From an uncultured Acidimicrobiales bacterium (GTDB taxonomy: Bacteria > Actinomycetota > Acidimicrobiia > Acidimicrobiales > SZUA-35), in NCBI GenBank assembly GCA_937930695.1, contig CALHCB010000031.1:2109-66108 (forward strand): DNA of 64,000 nt. Reading direction: 5' to 3'. Shown piece by piece: positions 1-8,150 of the stretch (positions are counted from its first letter, which is position 1; each line of letters begins with the position of its first letter). The position numbers were made by a program, and so were the translations under genes. Below the pieces are notes generated by a model. That model was not told where the DNA came from. It made no database searches and saw nothing but the letters and a program-made list of their open reading frames with translations.

Positions 1-134
1 GGGGCAGTGACTTCGATCAGGGGGAAACGAACAACCTCAAAGCCACTCGCTTCGAGCATCTCGATCAGAGGTCCGCCCTGCTGCTCGGATCGACAGACGA
101 CGACACGCAACGAAGAGGGCGGCCGCGTCGTCAT
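1..134 (-). CDS. hemD: uroporphyrinogen-III synthase, N-terminal fragment (gene runs off the window start)
   Basis: Reverse-strand ATG at 134, 5 nt after the hemC stop, opens MTTRPPSSLRVVVCRSEQQGGPLIEMLEASGFEVVRFPLIEVTAP. This is a HemD-like N-terminus. The position after hemA-hemC fits. Truncated by the window edge. Confidence 0.55.
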   Translation of the reverse strand, partial: MTTRPPSSLRVVVCRSEQQGGPLIEMLEASGFEVVRFPLIEVTA

Positions 135-138
135 CGCG

Positions 139-1035
139 CTAGTCCTGGAGCGACAGACGAGATCGAAGCTCAACAGCAGCCCGAGTGCCGAGTTGTTGAA
201 AGCTGTTTGCGTCTGGCTCGATCAGGTGCACTCGCTCGACCCGGGACTCGTCAGGGGATGCAAGTACTGCGCGAAGTTCCATTCCGCTTTGGGTCAGCTG
301 CGCGTGGGCGCCGGCGGGAAGATCACAGTCGCCACCGAGTTCGATCAGAAAGCCGCGCTCGGCTTCGACCAACGCTCGAGAATCTGCGTGGTCGATCGCT
401 CCAAGCCGTTCTGCGAGCTCGGCATCATCGGAACGACACTCAACCGCCAACGCTCCTTGTCCAACCTGCGGAATCATGAGGTCGACCGGGAGGACATCGA
501 CAACATCAGGTGTGATCTCGAGTCGTTGTAGTGCCGCGGTTGCCATGATGATGGCTGCGTATTCGGACGCCTTGCCGAGCCGAGTCGCGATGTTGCCTCG
601 CAACCCGACGAACGACAGATCAGGTCGGACCTCCCCGAGTTGCACACGCCGGCGGTTTGACCCCGTGGCGACCATCGCATTCGGTTCGAGACTCTCGAGC
701 GTCGACCCAACGAGACAGTCGGTCGCATCGCCACGCTCAGGAAAAGCCCCGACTACGAGGCCCGCCGGTGTGACTGCCTGGAGATCCTTCGCAGAGTGAA
801 CCGCGAGATCGGCTTCGCCGGCCAGAACGATGTCTTGAATTTCCTTGCTGAACGCACCCTTGCCGCCAAGCTCAGAGATTGGGAGATCAAGACGCTTGTC
901 AGCAAACGTTGCAGTGTCGATCAACTCGATCGTCAGGGAAGGGTCCTCGGCGACAAGCAACGCGGAAACGTGTTGGGCCTGCCATATGGCGAGCGGGCTA
1001 CTGCGGGTTGCAATCCGCAGTGTGGAACCGCTCAC
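139..1035 (-). CDS. hemC: hydroxymethylbilane synthase (porphobilinogen deaminase)
   Basis: 298-aa ORF with RIATRSSPLAIWQA, GGKGAFSKEIQ and GLRGNIATRL motifs. GTG start overlaps the hemA stop (GTGA). Confidence 0.9.
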   Translation of the reverse strand: MSGSTLRIATRSSPLAIWQAQHVSALLVAEDPSLTIELIDTATFADKRLDLPISELGGKGAFSKEIQDIVLAGEADLAVHSAKDLQAVTPAGLVVGAFPERGDATDCLVGSTLESLEPNAMVATGSNRRRVQLGEVRPDLSFVGLRGNIATRLGKASEYAAIIMATAALQRLEITPDVVDVLPVDLMIPQVGQGALAVECRSDDAELAERLGAIDHADSRALVEAERGFLIELGGDCDLPAGAHAQLTQSGMELRAVLASPDESRVERVHLIEPDANSFQQLGTRAAVELRSRLSLQD

Positions 1036-2291
1036 GTCAGGTCGAACAAGTCGCGGAGCGACTCCGCAAGGCGGTCACCCCGTTTGGTTCCAGCCGAGCC
1101 ACGAAGTCGAACGGCCGGCTCGTGAAGAATCTTCGCCACAACGGCCTTCGTCAACGCTTCGACTGCGGCTTGAGTCTCCGCATCGAGATCAGCAAACCGG
1201 CCGGCCTGGCGATCGATCTCTTCGAGCCGCACAGCGTCGGCCCATCGGAACATCGAACCAAGAAGTGGTGAGACCTCCTGCGCACTTAGCTGCGTTCGCA
1301 AGTTGTCGAGATCTTCGTCGACGAGCAACTGGGCAGCCGCCGCAGCCTTCTGTCGCTCTTCGAGGCCGCGATTTGCAAAGGCTTGAAGGTCGCTCAAGAC
1401 CAGCAAACCAACATGATCAAGCTCGGCGACGGAGGGCTCGATATCGCGAGGTACCGCGAGGTCGAGCATCAGCATCGGACGATCTCGACCGGCCGATGCG
1501 GTGCGGGCCATATCTGCGCTGAGGACCTGCCCAGTGGCGCCGGTTGCGCAGATCACCACGTCTGCATCGCTCAGCGCCGTTTCGAAACTCTCGAAGGGAA
1601 CGGTGGTTGCACCGAGCGACGTCGCGACATCGTCTGCTCGCTCAGCGGTGCGATTCGAGACGACGATTTCGACGTTTGCGCTCCGGTGCAGTGCGTTCGC
1701 CACGCCTGCTCCAACCTCGCCAGCACCGACGAGCAACACGTTCTTTCCGTCGAGCTCGCCGAGGTGTTCGCGGACGAGACTGACCGCAGAGTGAGAGATC
1801 GAGGCGGTTCGTCGACCAATGGCCGTTTCGGTGCGAACTCGTTTGCCACAGCGGATGGCGGCTTCGAACAGTGGATCCAACAAGCGGCTGCAGGAGCCCT
1901 CGATGCGCGAAGTCTCCCATGCTGTCTTCAGTTGGCCGAGGATCTCGTGTTCCCCAAGGACCGCTGAGTCGAGTCCGGCGGCCACAGCAAACAGGTGACG
2001 AGTTGCCTGCTCGTTGTCATAGATGAAGAGGTGCTGGACAAAGTCGTCCACATCAACACTGGTGATCGTCGACAGACCATCCCGAAGTTCGGCGTATCCA
2101 TCGTGGAATCGTTCGACGTGAGCGAAGACCTCAACCCGATTGCACGTCGAGAGCACGACGGCTTCGTTGACGTGATCGCCAGCAACGAACCCAGCGAGCG
2201 CCTTGGGGAGAATGTCGCCGGACAGGCTCACTCGCTCGAGAACATCGAGCGGGGCTGACCGATGATTGATGCCAAAGGCGATGAGGGTCAT
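1032..2291 (-). CDS. hemA: glutamyl-tRNA reductase
   Basis: 419-aa ORF with GINHRSAPLDVLERV, LSTCNRVEVF and the NAD-binding LLVGAGEVG. Confidence 0.9.
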   Translation of the reverse strand: MTLIAFGINHRSAPLDVLERVSLSGDILPKALAGFVAGDHVNEAVVLSTCNRVEVFAHVERFHDGYAELRDGLSTITSVDVDDFVQHLFIYDNEQATRHLFAVAAGLDSAVLGEHEILGQLKTAWETSRIEGSCSRLLDPLFEAAIRCGKRVRTETAIGRRTASISHSAVSLVREHLGELDGKNVLLVGAGEVGAGVANALHRSANVEIVVSNRTAERADDVATSLGATTVPFESFETALSDADVVICATGATGQVLSADMARTASAGRDRPMLMLDLAVPRDIEPSVAELDHVGLLVLSDLQAFANRGLEERQKAAAAAQLLVDEDLDNLRTQLSAQEVSPLLGSMFRWADAVRLEEIDRQAGRFADLDAETQAAVEALTKAVVAKILHEPAVRLRGSAGTKRGDRLAESLRDLFDLT

Positions 2292-2445
2292 GAGGCTTCC
2301 AGGGAAGGGGCTGGATCAATGGGCAACGAGCCAGAACGATCCGCCGATGTATTCAACCGGGAAACCGCCACAATCCATCCCCAGTGTGACTCAAGAAGAG
2401 GTTCGGATTCGAGTCGGGAGACCGTGCCGTTGGTCACGCTGTCGC

Positions 2446-3234
2446 TCATGGCGTGCCGAGCGGGAGGCCGGTGCCGCGAGCGGCCGCCGTACTGCGCTGT
2501 TGATAGAAGCTCAGAATCTGCAGTTCGGTGGCCAGATCGACGCCGCGCACCTGCACGTGATCCGGCACGACAACCGGAACCGGCGTGAAGTTGAGCAGCG
2601 AGGCCAAGCCCGCATCGATCAGGTGTTGTGCTGCCTCCTGAGCGGCCGCAGCAGGCGTCGCGATAACGCCGACCGAGATCGCCTCTCGGGCGACGACGGC
2701 CGAGATGTCGTCGAAGTGCTCGACCACAACTCCGGCGACTGCAGAACCAACGATCGAACTGTCGATATCGACGAGGGCTTGCACCGGGAATCCCTGGGTA
2801 GCGAGGCCTTCGTAGTTGGCCAATGCTCGTCCAAGATTGCCGACACCCACGATGATGACTGGCCACTCTTGGTTCAGTCCCAGAACCACGCTGATCTCGT
2901 GGACCAAATACTTGACGTCGTATCCGACCCCTCGCGTGCCCGTGATACCAATACCGGCCAGATCCCTTCGGAGCGTCGCAGGATTGACCGCCGATAGATC
3001 AGCCAACGATTCAGACGACACGCTTGCCGCACCTTCCCCGGCAAGGCTCACGAGCCCTTGGAGGTAAACGGGAAGCCGAGAAACCGTTGCGTCGGACACG
3101 CGGCGAGCTGGTTCACCTGCTGATGCATCTGATTGGCGGGCCAGCGGCGATGGCGCGACCGAAGGCGTCGATTCTGAACTACCTTCGTTCGTCGCCTCAC
3201 CTGCTCTGGTCACCGGCCGCAGGGTAGGGAGCAC
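2446..3234 (-). CDS. rex: redox-sensing transcriptional repressor Rex
   Basis: 262-aa ORF with the SRLPVYLQGL winged-helix segment and Rossmann IIVGVGNLGRALANY. It lies upstream of hemACD, as in the Streptomyces rex-hemACD operon. The N-terminal ~50 aa are low complexity, so the GTG start is uncertain. Confidence 0.85.
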   Translation of the reverse strand: MLPTLRPVTRAGEATNEGSSESTPSVAPSPLARQSDASAGEPARRVSDATVSRLPVYLQGLVSLAGEGAASVSSESLADLSAVNPATLRRDLAGIGITGTRGVGYDVKYLVHEISVVLGLNQEWPVIIVGVGNLGRALANYEGLATQGFPVQALVDIDSSIVGSAVAGVVVEHFDDISAVVAREAISVGVIATPAAAAQEAAQHLIDAGLASLLNFTPVPVVVPDHVQVRGVDLATELQILSFYQQRSTAAARGTGLPLGTP

Positions 3235-3237
3235 GGC

Positions 3238-3253
3238 GCACTTTCACAAGTGC
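3238..3253. promoter_or_regulatory. palindrome GCACTT-tcac-AAGTGC containing a TTGTGAA half-site (minus strand), possible Rex operator
   Basis: Perfect 6+4+6 palindrome 4 nt upstream of the annotated rex GTG. The minus strand reads GCACTTGTGAAAGTGC and carries one exact half of the ROP consensus TTGTGAA-N4-TTCACAA. Confidence 0.25.
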
Positions 3254-3271
3254 ACGATCTCTTCGTGGGAA

Positions 3272-4810
3272 CTAATTCTGGCCGAGATCTCGGCGCCGGA
3301 TCTTGCCAACCGCCGTCGTCGGGATGGCCTCAACCACCTCAACTCTGGCTGGCACCTTGTAGCGAGCGAGACGGGCACGACATGCATTGCGGAGATCCTC
3401 GCTTCGGAGGGTCGAACCGGACTCGAGCACGACATACGCCACGACGGTTTCGTCGTGACCCGCGTTGGTTTCACCCACAACCGCGGCCAATGCCACCTCT
3501 GGGTGACTCTGCAACGCTTCCTCAACTTCGCCAGGGTGCACGTTGAACCCCGAGACAATGATGAGGTCCTTCAGGCGATCGACGATGGCGATGTAGCCCT
3601 CATCGTCAACGACGGCCAGGTCTCCGGTCCGGAGCCAACCAGACTCGCTCCGAGCGGATGCCGTCGCCGCGTCATCTCCCCAGTACCCCGGCGAAACGAT
3701 GGCTCCTCTGACCCAGATCTCTCCGGTGTCTCCGATGAGGACGTCGTCTTCGTCATCGTTCACGATCCGAACCTCGACCCCTGGCAACACCAGGCCAACC
3801 GATCCTCGGGGGGCTTCAGTCGCCATAGCGCTGCTCACGATTCCGCTGGTTTCGGTAAGCCCGTATCCCTCGTGAATCTCGATTCCGAATCGGTCGCGAA
3901 TCTGATTCCCCACCATCGGGTTGAGCTTGGACGCACCCGAAAGTGCCACGTTCACAGAGGCAAAGTCCTCGGGACCGGCCTCTTCTGTCGCCAGCAAAGA
4001 TGCCCACAGCGCTGGCGGTCCCGCCATCATCGTGACCTGATTGTCGCGGACCAGCGCAACGGTGCGATCCGCCCCCGAGAAGTCCTCGAGCACCAAGGTG
4101 GCGCCGAGACTCAGACACATGTTCAGCACGACGTTCAGTCCGAAGACATGAAAGAGAGGGATCACGCCAAGAACCCACTGATGGTTCTCTTCGAGACCCA
4201 ACGGAAGCGACCTCACCGAAGCCATGGACGCAGCAAAGTTCTCATGCGTCAGAATTGCGGGCTTCGGCGGTCCAGCGGTTCCCGACGTAAACAGCAGAGC
4301 CGCAGGATGATCGCCTTCTACGTGAACCAACGGGACCGGCACGCCGGTGTCCAACAGCGGCATGTTCGGACCCTCCGCAACGAACACTCGCTCACCGAAA
4401 TTTGGACAATCGGCATGTCCACTGACTGAGGCCCACGCGTCAGCGCCGCCAACTCCAACGACCACCGCTGCAGGACGAACTGCCGACATTTCGCTGAGGA
4501 GTTCTGGGCTCGGCGATTGAGGATTTAGCGGGACGATCACCAACCCAGCGGTCAGACACGCAAGGTAAGCAAGGACGAAGGTCTCAGAATTGCCCTCCAA
4601 GACGATCACCCGGTCACCCGGAGCGAGGCCAGCGGCGACGAGCCCGCCGCGCCAACGATCGGCTCGGGCCACAAGGTCGCCATAGGACGTCGGCGTTCCA
4701 GCAACGATGAGGGCTGGACGGTCAAGGGCCGGAGCGGGAAAGGACTCTGCGAGGTTCACTCCGGCCGATTTGAGCACAATCTGCGCCATGACACCCAGCA
4801 CGCGGACCAT
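3272..4810 (-). CDS. AMP-dependent acyl-CoA synthetase/ligase
   Basis: 512-aa ORF with the AMP-binding motifs LLFTSGTAGPPKPA, GYGLTETS and WLRTGD. The start could instead be the M8 codon at 4789. Confidence 0.85.
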   Translation of the reverse strand: MVRVLGVMAQIVLKSAGVNLAESFPAPALDRPALIVAGTPTSYGDLVARADRWRGGLVAAGLAPGDRVIVLEGNSETFVLAYLACLTAGLVIVPLNPQSPSPELLSEMSAVRPAAVVVGVGGADAWASVSGHADCPNFGERVFVAEGPNMPLLDTGVPVPLVHVEGDHPAALLFTSGTAGPPKPAILTHENFAASMASVRSLPLGLEENHQWVLGVIPLFHVFGLNVVLNMCLSLGATLVLEDFSGADRTVALVRDNQVTMMAGPPALWASLLATEEAGPEDFASVNVALSGASKLNPMVGNQIRDRFGIEIHEGYGLTETSGIVSSAMATEAPRGSVGLVLPGVEVRIVNDDEDDVLIGDTGEIWVRGAIVSPGYWGDDAATASARSESGWLRTGDLAVVDDEGYIAIVDRLKDLIIVSGFNVHPGEVEEALQSHPEVALAAVVGETNAGHDETVVAYVVLESGSTLRSEDLRNACRARLARYKVPARVEVVEAIPTTAVGKIRRRDLGQN

Positions 4811-4929
4811 GCCAACGGATTGGTGATCGTCGCGACAGGTTTCTTGCGTCGGAGGCTACGTCGGTTCGAATGAGCTCGAATTGAGTGAATCTCTCAAGCT
4901 GACATGAAATTCCGACGAAGTTATTCCTT

Positions 4930-5691
4930 GTGCTTCTTCCCCGATCACGCCCGCATGGGAACAGTTCGAGTCTTGCCAAGCCACTCAACTGGGTAGCTTC
5001 TGCCGCGCTAGTTGTCGCCCTCATGACCCTGACGACGGGTTTCGACATTGCGGTGCTTCCCAGCACCCAGGCGGCTGCGGACTCGATCGGCGACGAGTCA
5101 CGCTTCGTGAACAAGATCAATGAGGTGAGAGCGAGCGAAGGCCTCGCACCACTTTCACTCGACGCAGAACTCACCGCGCAGGCACGGATCTGGGCTGAGC
5201 AGCTCCGGGCTGACGACAACTTGTCACATGCGAACGACTTGTCGATCGGGGTGACGGCGAACTGGACCAAACTCGGCGAGAACGTCGGGGTCGGACCTGT
5301 TGACCAACTTGATGCGCTCTTTGAGGCGTTCGTTGCCAGTCCGGATCACTACGCGAACCTCATGGATCCCGACTTCCGCTTTGTCGGTGTCGGCGTGGTC
5401 TACGACGACGAAGGCCGGATGTGGACTGCCCACCGGTTCATGGCGATCGCTCCCCCGGCGCAGGTCGCTGCCGGATCAACCACCCAACCGGCACCAACGG
5501 CGGATCCACAATCTGACGCCCCGGAAGATCCTGCCCCTGAGGTACTCGCAAGCACGGATGAGACAGTAGCTCCCGCCCCTGGGGCAGCTGACGAAACTGA
5601 CGGTGCCGGAGCTGCATCGACACCAACGACCGCGGCGAACGCAACGTTGCTTGCCGGACTCATGGAGCAGTTGGGCCAACAGGGGTTCTAG
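4930..5691 (+). CDS. secreted CAP/SCP-domain protein with Ala/Pro/Thr-rich C-terminal tail
   Basis: 253-aa ORF with a signal-like N-terminus (WVASAALVVALMTL) and a CAP-domain-like core (RIWAEQL, LSHANDL, GENVG, HYANLMDP). Confidence 0.7.
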   Translation: MLLPRSRPHGNSSSLAKPLNWVASAALVVALMTLTTGFDIAVLPSTQAAADSIGDESRFVNKINEVRASEGLAPLSLDAELTAQARIWAEQLRADDNLSHANDLSIGVTANWTKLGENVGVGPVDQLDALFEAFVASPDHYANLMDPDFRFVGVGVVYDDEGRMWTAHRFMAIAPPAQVAAGSTTQPAPTADPQSDAPEDPAPEVLASTDETVAPAPGAADETDGAGAASTPTTAANATLLAGLMEQLGQQGF

Positions 5692-5737
5692 CTGATTGCG
5701 GCGACTCGCCGCTCCGAGCGCGATCAACGCGCTCGCT

Positions 5738-5827
5738 TCAGCGAGCGAGAACGAACAGCTGAAGCACGCCGGCCCCCAGAATGACCAGCAAAAGAATCGC
5801 CATAGTGATGACCGTTGACGGACGCAT
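5738..5827 (-). CDS. 29-aa single-pass membrane peptide (hypothetical)
   Basis: ATG lies 1 nt after the upstream TGA. A strong SD (AGAGGAG) sits 7 nt upstream, inside the end of the preceding gene. The product MRPSTVITMAILLLVILGAGVLQLFVLAR is one clean TM helix. Confidence 0.4.
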   Translation of the reverse strand: MRPSTVITMAILLLVILGAGVLQLFVLAR

Positions 5828-5828
5828 G

Positions 5829-6719
5829 TCAGTGCTCCTCTGGTTGTGGCGGAATCGTGGTTGGTCGGGCCGTGATGGTGACGGGGGACGCAACACGACC
5901 TGGCCCCTCGGCAGCTCGCAGCCGCACTGCATCACCTTCGGACAGTTCGAGATCGAAGGCCGCCGAGCCGCGATCGACCGAGAGCATCGTGAGCCCGTGA
6001 CCGTCAACCATCAGTCCGATACTTCCGGTTGGGATGGCGCCGAAATGGTCAACTCGTTGCGCAGTTCGTTTCGACCGGCCACCTGTGATCTCCACGAAGT
6101 CTGACCATGCATCAAACTCGGTTGGATCGACATTGAGCTGCACGTTGCCGTAGCGATCGATCCACAGCACTTCTGCTGCGATCGAGCCATCGTCGTCTGT
6201 TTGACTGACCGGAAGGACTCCCGGCAAAAGGAGTGCCGGGTCGATTACGGTTCCGAGCTCGCTCATGGGGACGCCCAAACACAGGTGGGCGGCGACCGGA
6301 GCGAAGACATCACGTCCAGGATTCGTGGCTGCAGGACTCGTCAGTTGATAGTCAGGGTTCTCCAGCACGACCGCTCCCGTCGCGCCGCCAACAAGCGAGA
6401 CAGCTGGTGCAAACAGGCCATTGTCGGGGCCGACAAGGTAGGCCCCGCCATGCGCCACTTCGATCGCAACGGCCTTTCGCTCGCTGCCAGCGCCGGGGTC
6501 GACAACGCCCAACACAACCCCTGGGGCTAGATACTGAACCGACCGAGCGAGCGCGAGTCCAGCTGCCCGAACATCGTGGGTCTCGATGTCGTGGCTCACA
6601 TCGACAACAGCGACCTGCGGTGCCAGGGACCGGATGATCGAATGGATCACTCCGACGGACTCATCGACCCGACCAAGATCACTCAGGAACGAAATCGTGC
6701 CAAACGCCAAGGTTGTCAT
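5829..6719 (-). CDS. SAM hydrolase / SAM-dependent halogenase family protein (DUF62)
   Basis: 296-aa ORF. The N-terminus ISFLSDLGRVDESVGVIHSII and GVVDPGAGSERKAVAIEV are typical of S-adenosyl-L-methionine hydroxide adenosyltransferase-family proteins. Confidence 0.75.
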   Translation of the reverse strand: MTTLAFGTISFLSDLGRVDESVGVIHSIIRSLAPQVAVVDVSHDIETHDVRAAGLALARSVQYLAPGVVLGVVDPGAGSERKAVAIEVAHGGAYLVGPDNGLFAPAVSLVGGATGAVVLENPDYQLTSPAATNPGRDVFAPVAAHLCLGVPMSELGTVIDPALLLPGVLPVSQTDDDGSIAAEVLWIDRYGNVQLNVDPTEFDAWSDFVEITGGRSKRTAQRVDHFGAIPTGSIGLMVDGHGLTMLSVDRGSAAFDLELSEGDAVRLRAAEGPGRVASPVTITARPTTIPPQPEEH

Positions 6720-7513
6720 GCCCGGCCCAGCTCGTTGGAACGGTCAGCCGCAGCGACCACCGCATCAATGATGGCGCCCCGGACACTCTGTTGTTCGAGC
6801 ACTCGAAGGCCAGCCGCCGTTGTGCCGTTGGGCGTTGTCACATCGCCGCGCAACTCACTGGCTGGCTTTTCCGAACTCATGAGCATCGCTGCCGCGCCCG
6901 CCATCGTCTGGTGCGCGAGCAACTTGGCGGTGGCCCGAGGCAGACCGGCGGCCACGCCGCCATCGACCATCGCCTCGGCGATCAAGAAGTAGTACGCCGG
7001 GCCAGAACCCGACAGTCCCGTCACGGCATCGAGCTGAGCTTCGGTGACGATGGCGACCGATCCAACAGACTCCAGAAGCGACTGCGCCCACGCAAGATCA
7101 TCCGCCACCGCATTCGATCCCGCAGCAAGACCAGAAGCGCCCTGGCCGACAAGAGCGGGTGTATTTGGCATCACCCGCAGGACAGCAGTTCCTTCGGGCA
7201 ACACCGCCTCGATCGCCGAGGTTGTGATTCCTGCTGCGATCGACATGACACGCCGCGGACTCTTCAGCGTGCGGGCTACGTCGAGAACCAGATGAGGTTT
7301 GACCGCCAGCACCGTGTCGACATTGGCCAATGGTGCCGAAGCCATCTGACACTCCGGCAACAAGGAGTCCAGCTCCGTGATACGTGCCTCGCTGACTTCA
7401 ACGATCGTGATGTCGCTGGCCGAGATGCGTGACGAATCGATCATCCCTTGGGCCAGGGCAACGCCCATCTGGCCGCCGCCGATCATCTGCATCCGAGTTT
7501 CACCGGTGGTCAT
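6716..7513 (-). CDS. proC: pyrroline-5-carboxylate reductase
   Basis: 265-aa ORF with the Rossmann motif MIGGGQMGVALAQG and a ProC-like C-terminal dimerisation region (TTPNGTTAAGLRVLE). The true start may be the ATG at 7492. Confidence 0.85.
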   Translation of the reverse strand: MTTGETRMQMIGGGQMGVALAQGMIDSSRISASDITIVEVSEARITELDSLLPECQMASAPLANVDTVLAVKPHLVLDVARTLKSPRRVMSIAAGITTSAIEAVLPEGTAVLRVMPNTPALVGQGASGLAAGSNAVADDLAWAQSLLESVGSVAIVTEAQLDAVTGLSGSGPAYYFLIAEAMVDGGVAAGLPRATAKLLAHQTMAGAAAMLMSSEKPASELRGDVTTPNGTTAAGLRVLEQQSVRGAIIDAVVAAADRSNELGRA

Positions 7514-7566
7514 GGTGAATCACGCTACCCGCATCGGCTGATCGAGAGCATCCGACGCTTCTGTGG

Positions 7567-7632
7567 GTCAGACGGGTGAGGCCGACCGAAAGGTCTTCCC
7601 CGACCCCAGTCAATCGACGCCCCCCGTCTGAC
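7567..7632 (-). promoter_or_regulatory. structured leader element upstream of proC (10-bp closing stem plus inner tetraloop hairpin)
   Basis: GTCAGACGGG (7567-7576) is perfectly complementary to CCCGTCTGAC (7623-7632). The inner hairpin GACC-GAAA-GGTC is at 7584-7595. The element lies between the candidate promoter and the proC start. Confidence 0.3.
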
Positions 7633-7641
7633 GATAAAGGT

Positions 7642-7669
7642 AGTTTAACGTATATTACAGTAGTTTCAA
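7642..7669 (-). promoter_or_regulatory. candidate sigma-70-type promoter TTGAAA-N16-TAAACT for proC
   Basis: This is the only strongly AT-rich stretch in the region. The minus strand reads TTGAAActactgtaatatacgtTAAACT and overlaps the stop of the upstream YbjN-like gene. Confidence 0.3.
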
Positions 7670-8145
7670 CCTGTCGGTTTCGCCTGCCCGAATCTGGTGG
7701 CGAAACCGATCCGCAACGCGGGGCGGAAGAACTGTTCGACCCACACGTACATCGAGCCGAGGATCCGATCGAGCTCGTCGGGGTCACACGCTTGCGCATC
7801 GTCGAGACGGCCCTGGAGAAAGATCGCTCCTTCTTCACCAATCGCGAAGCTCGCCCCATACAGCCCCAGGTTGCGCTTGAGGAGGTGTGCGTAGAACTCC
7901 GCCTCATTCTCATCTGGAGCGGGCATCACGTACGTCTCGTAGGTCAGCGTCCTCTGGCGCAGTTCGAAACGAATCGTGAAGACATCTTTTTCGTCTCCGA
8001 GAAGACGGACGAACCAACGCCGACCCTCCCCTGGCACTCGATCGACAGCGTCAACAATCGGGTTCTCGTTCAGTTGCTCTCGAAACCACGAATCGATCGA
8101 GGCGTCGAGCACTTCCAGTTCTTGTTCACTTCTCGGCCCAGGCAT
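7666..8145 (-). CDS. YbjN-domain protein
   Basis: The ORF 7666..8256 is trimmed to the ATG at 8145 (MPGPRSEQELEV), which lies 5 nt after the mshA stop. A YbjN-like gene commonly follows mshA in actinobacteria. Confidence 0.65.
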   Translation of the reverse strand: MPGPRSEQELEVLDASIDSWFREQLNENPIVDAVDRVPGEGRRWFVRLLGDEKDVFTIRFELRQRTLTYETYVMPAPDENEAEFYAHLLKRNLGLYGASFAIGEEGAIFLQGRLDDAQACDPDELDRILGSMYVWVEQFFRPALRIGFATRFGQAKPTG

Positions 8146-8150
8146 CCGGG

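Noticed and set aside
4881-4898. TTGAG-N7-CTCAA inverted repeat upstream of the CAP-domain gene, considered as a second HAIR site
   Set aside because: HAIR has nine bases between the TTGAG and CTCAA cores (T-N7-A), whereas here there are seven. The neighbouring genes are not heat-shock genes. It may still be some other operator, but I cannot support an HspR call.
7567-7632. Possibility that the C-rich structured element upstream of proC is a 6C-type sRNA
   Set aside because: 6C RNAs have two hairpins with C-rich loops. Here the C-runs lie in an internal single-stranded region of one enclosing helix, and the orientation relative to transcription is unclear. I kept it only as an unassigned structured leader.
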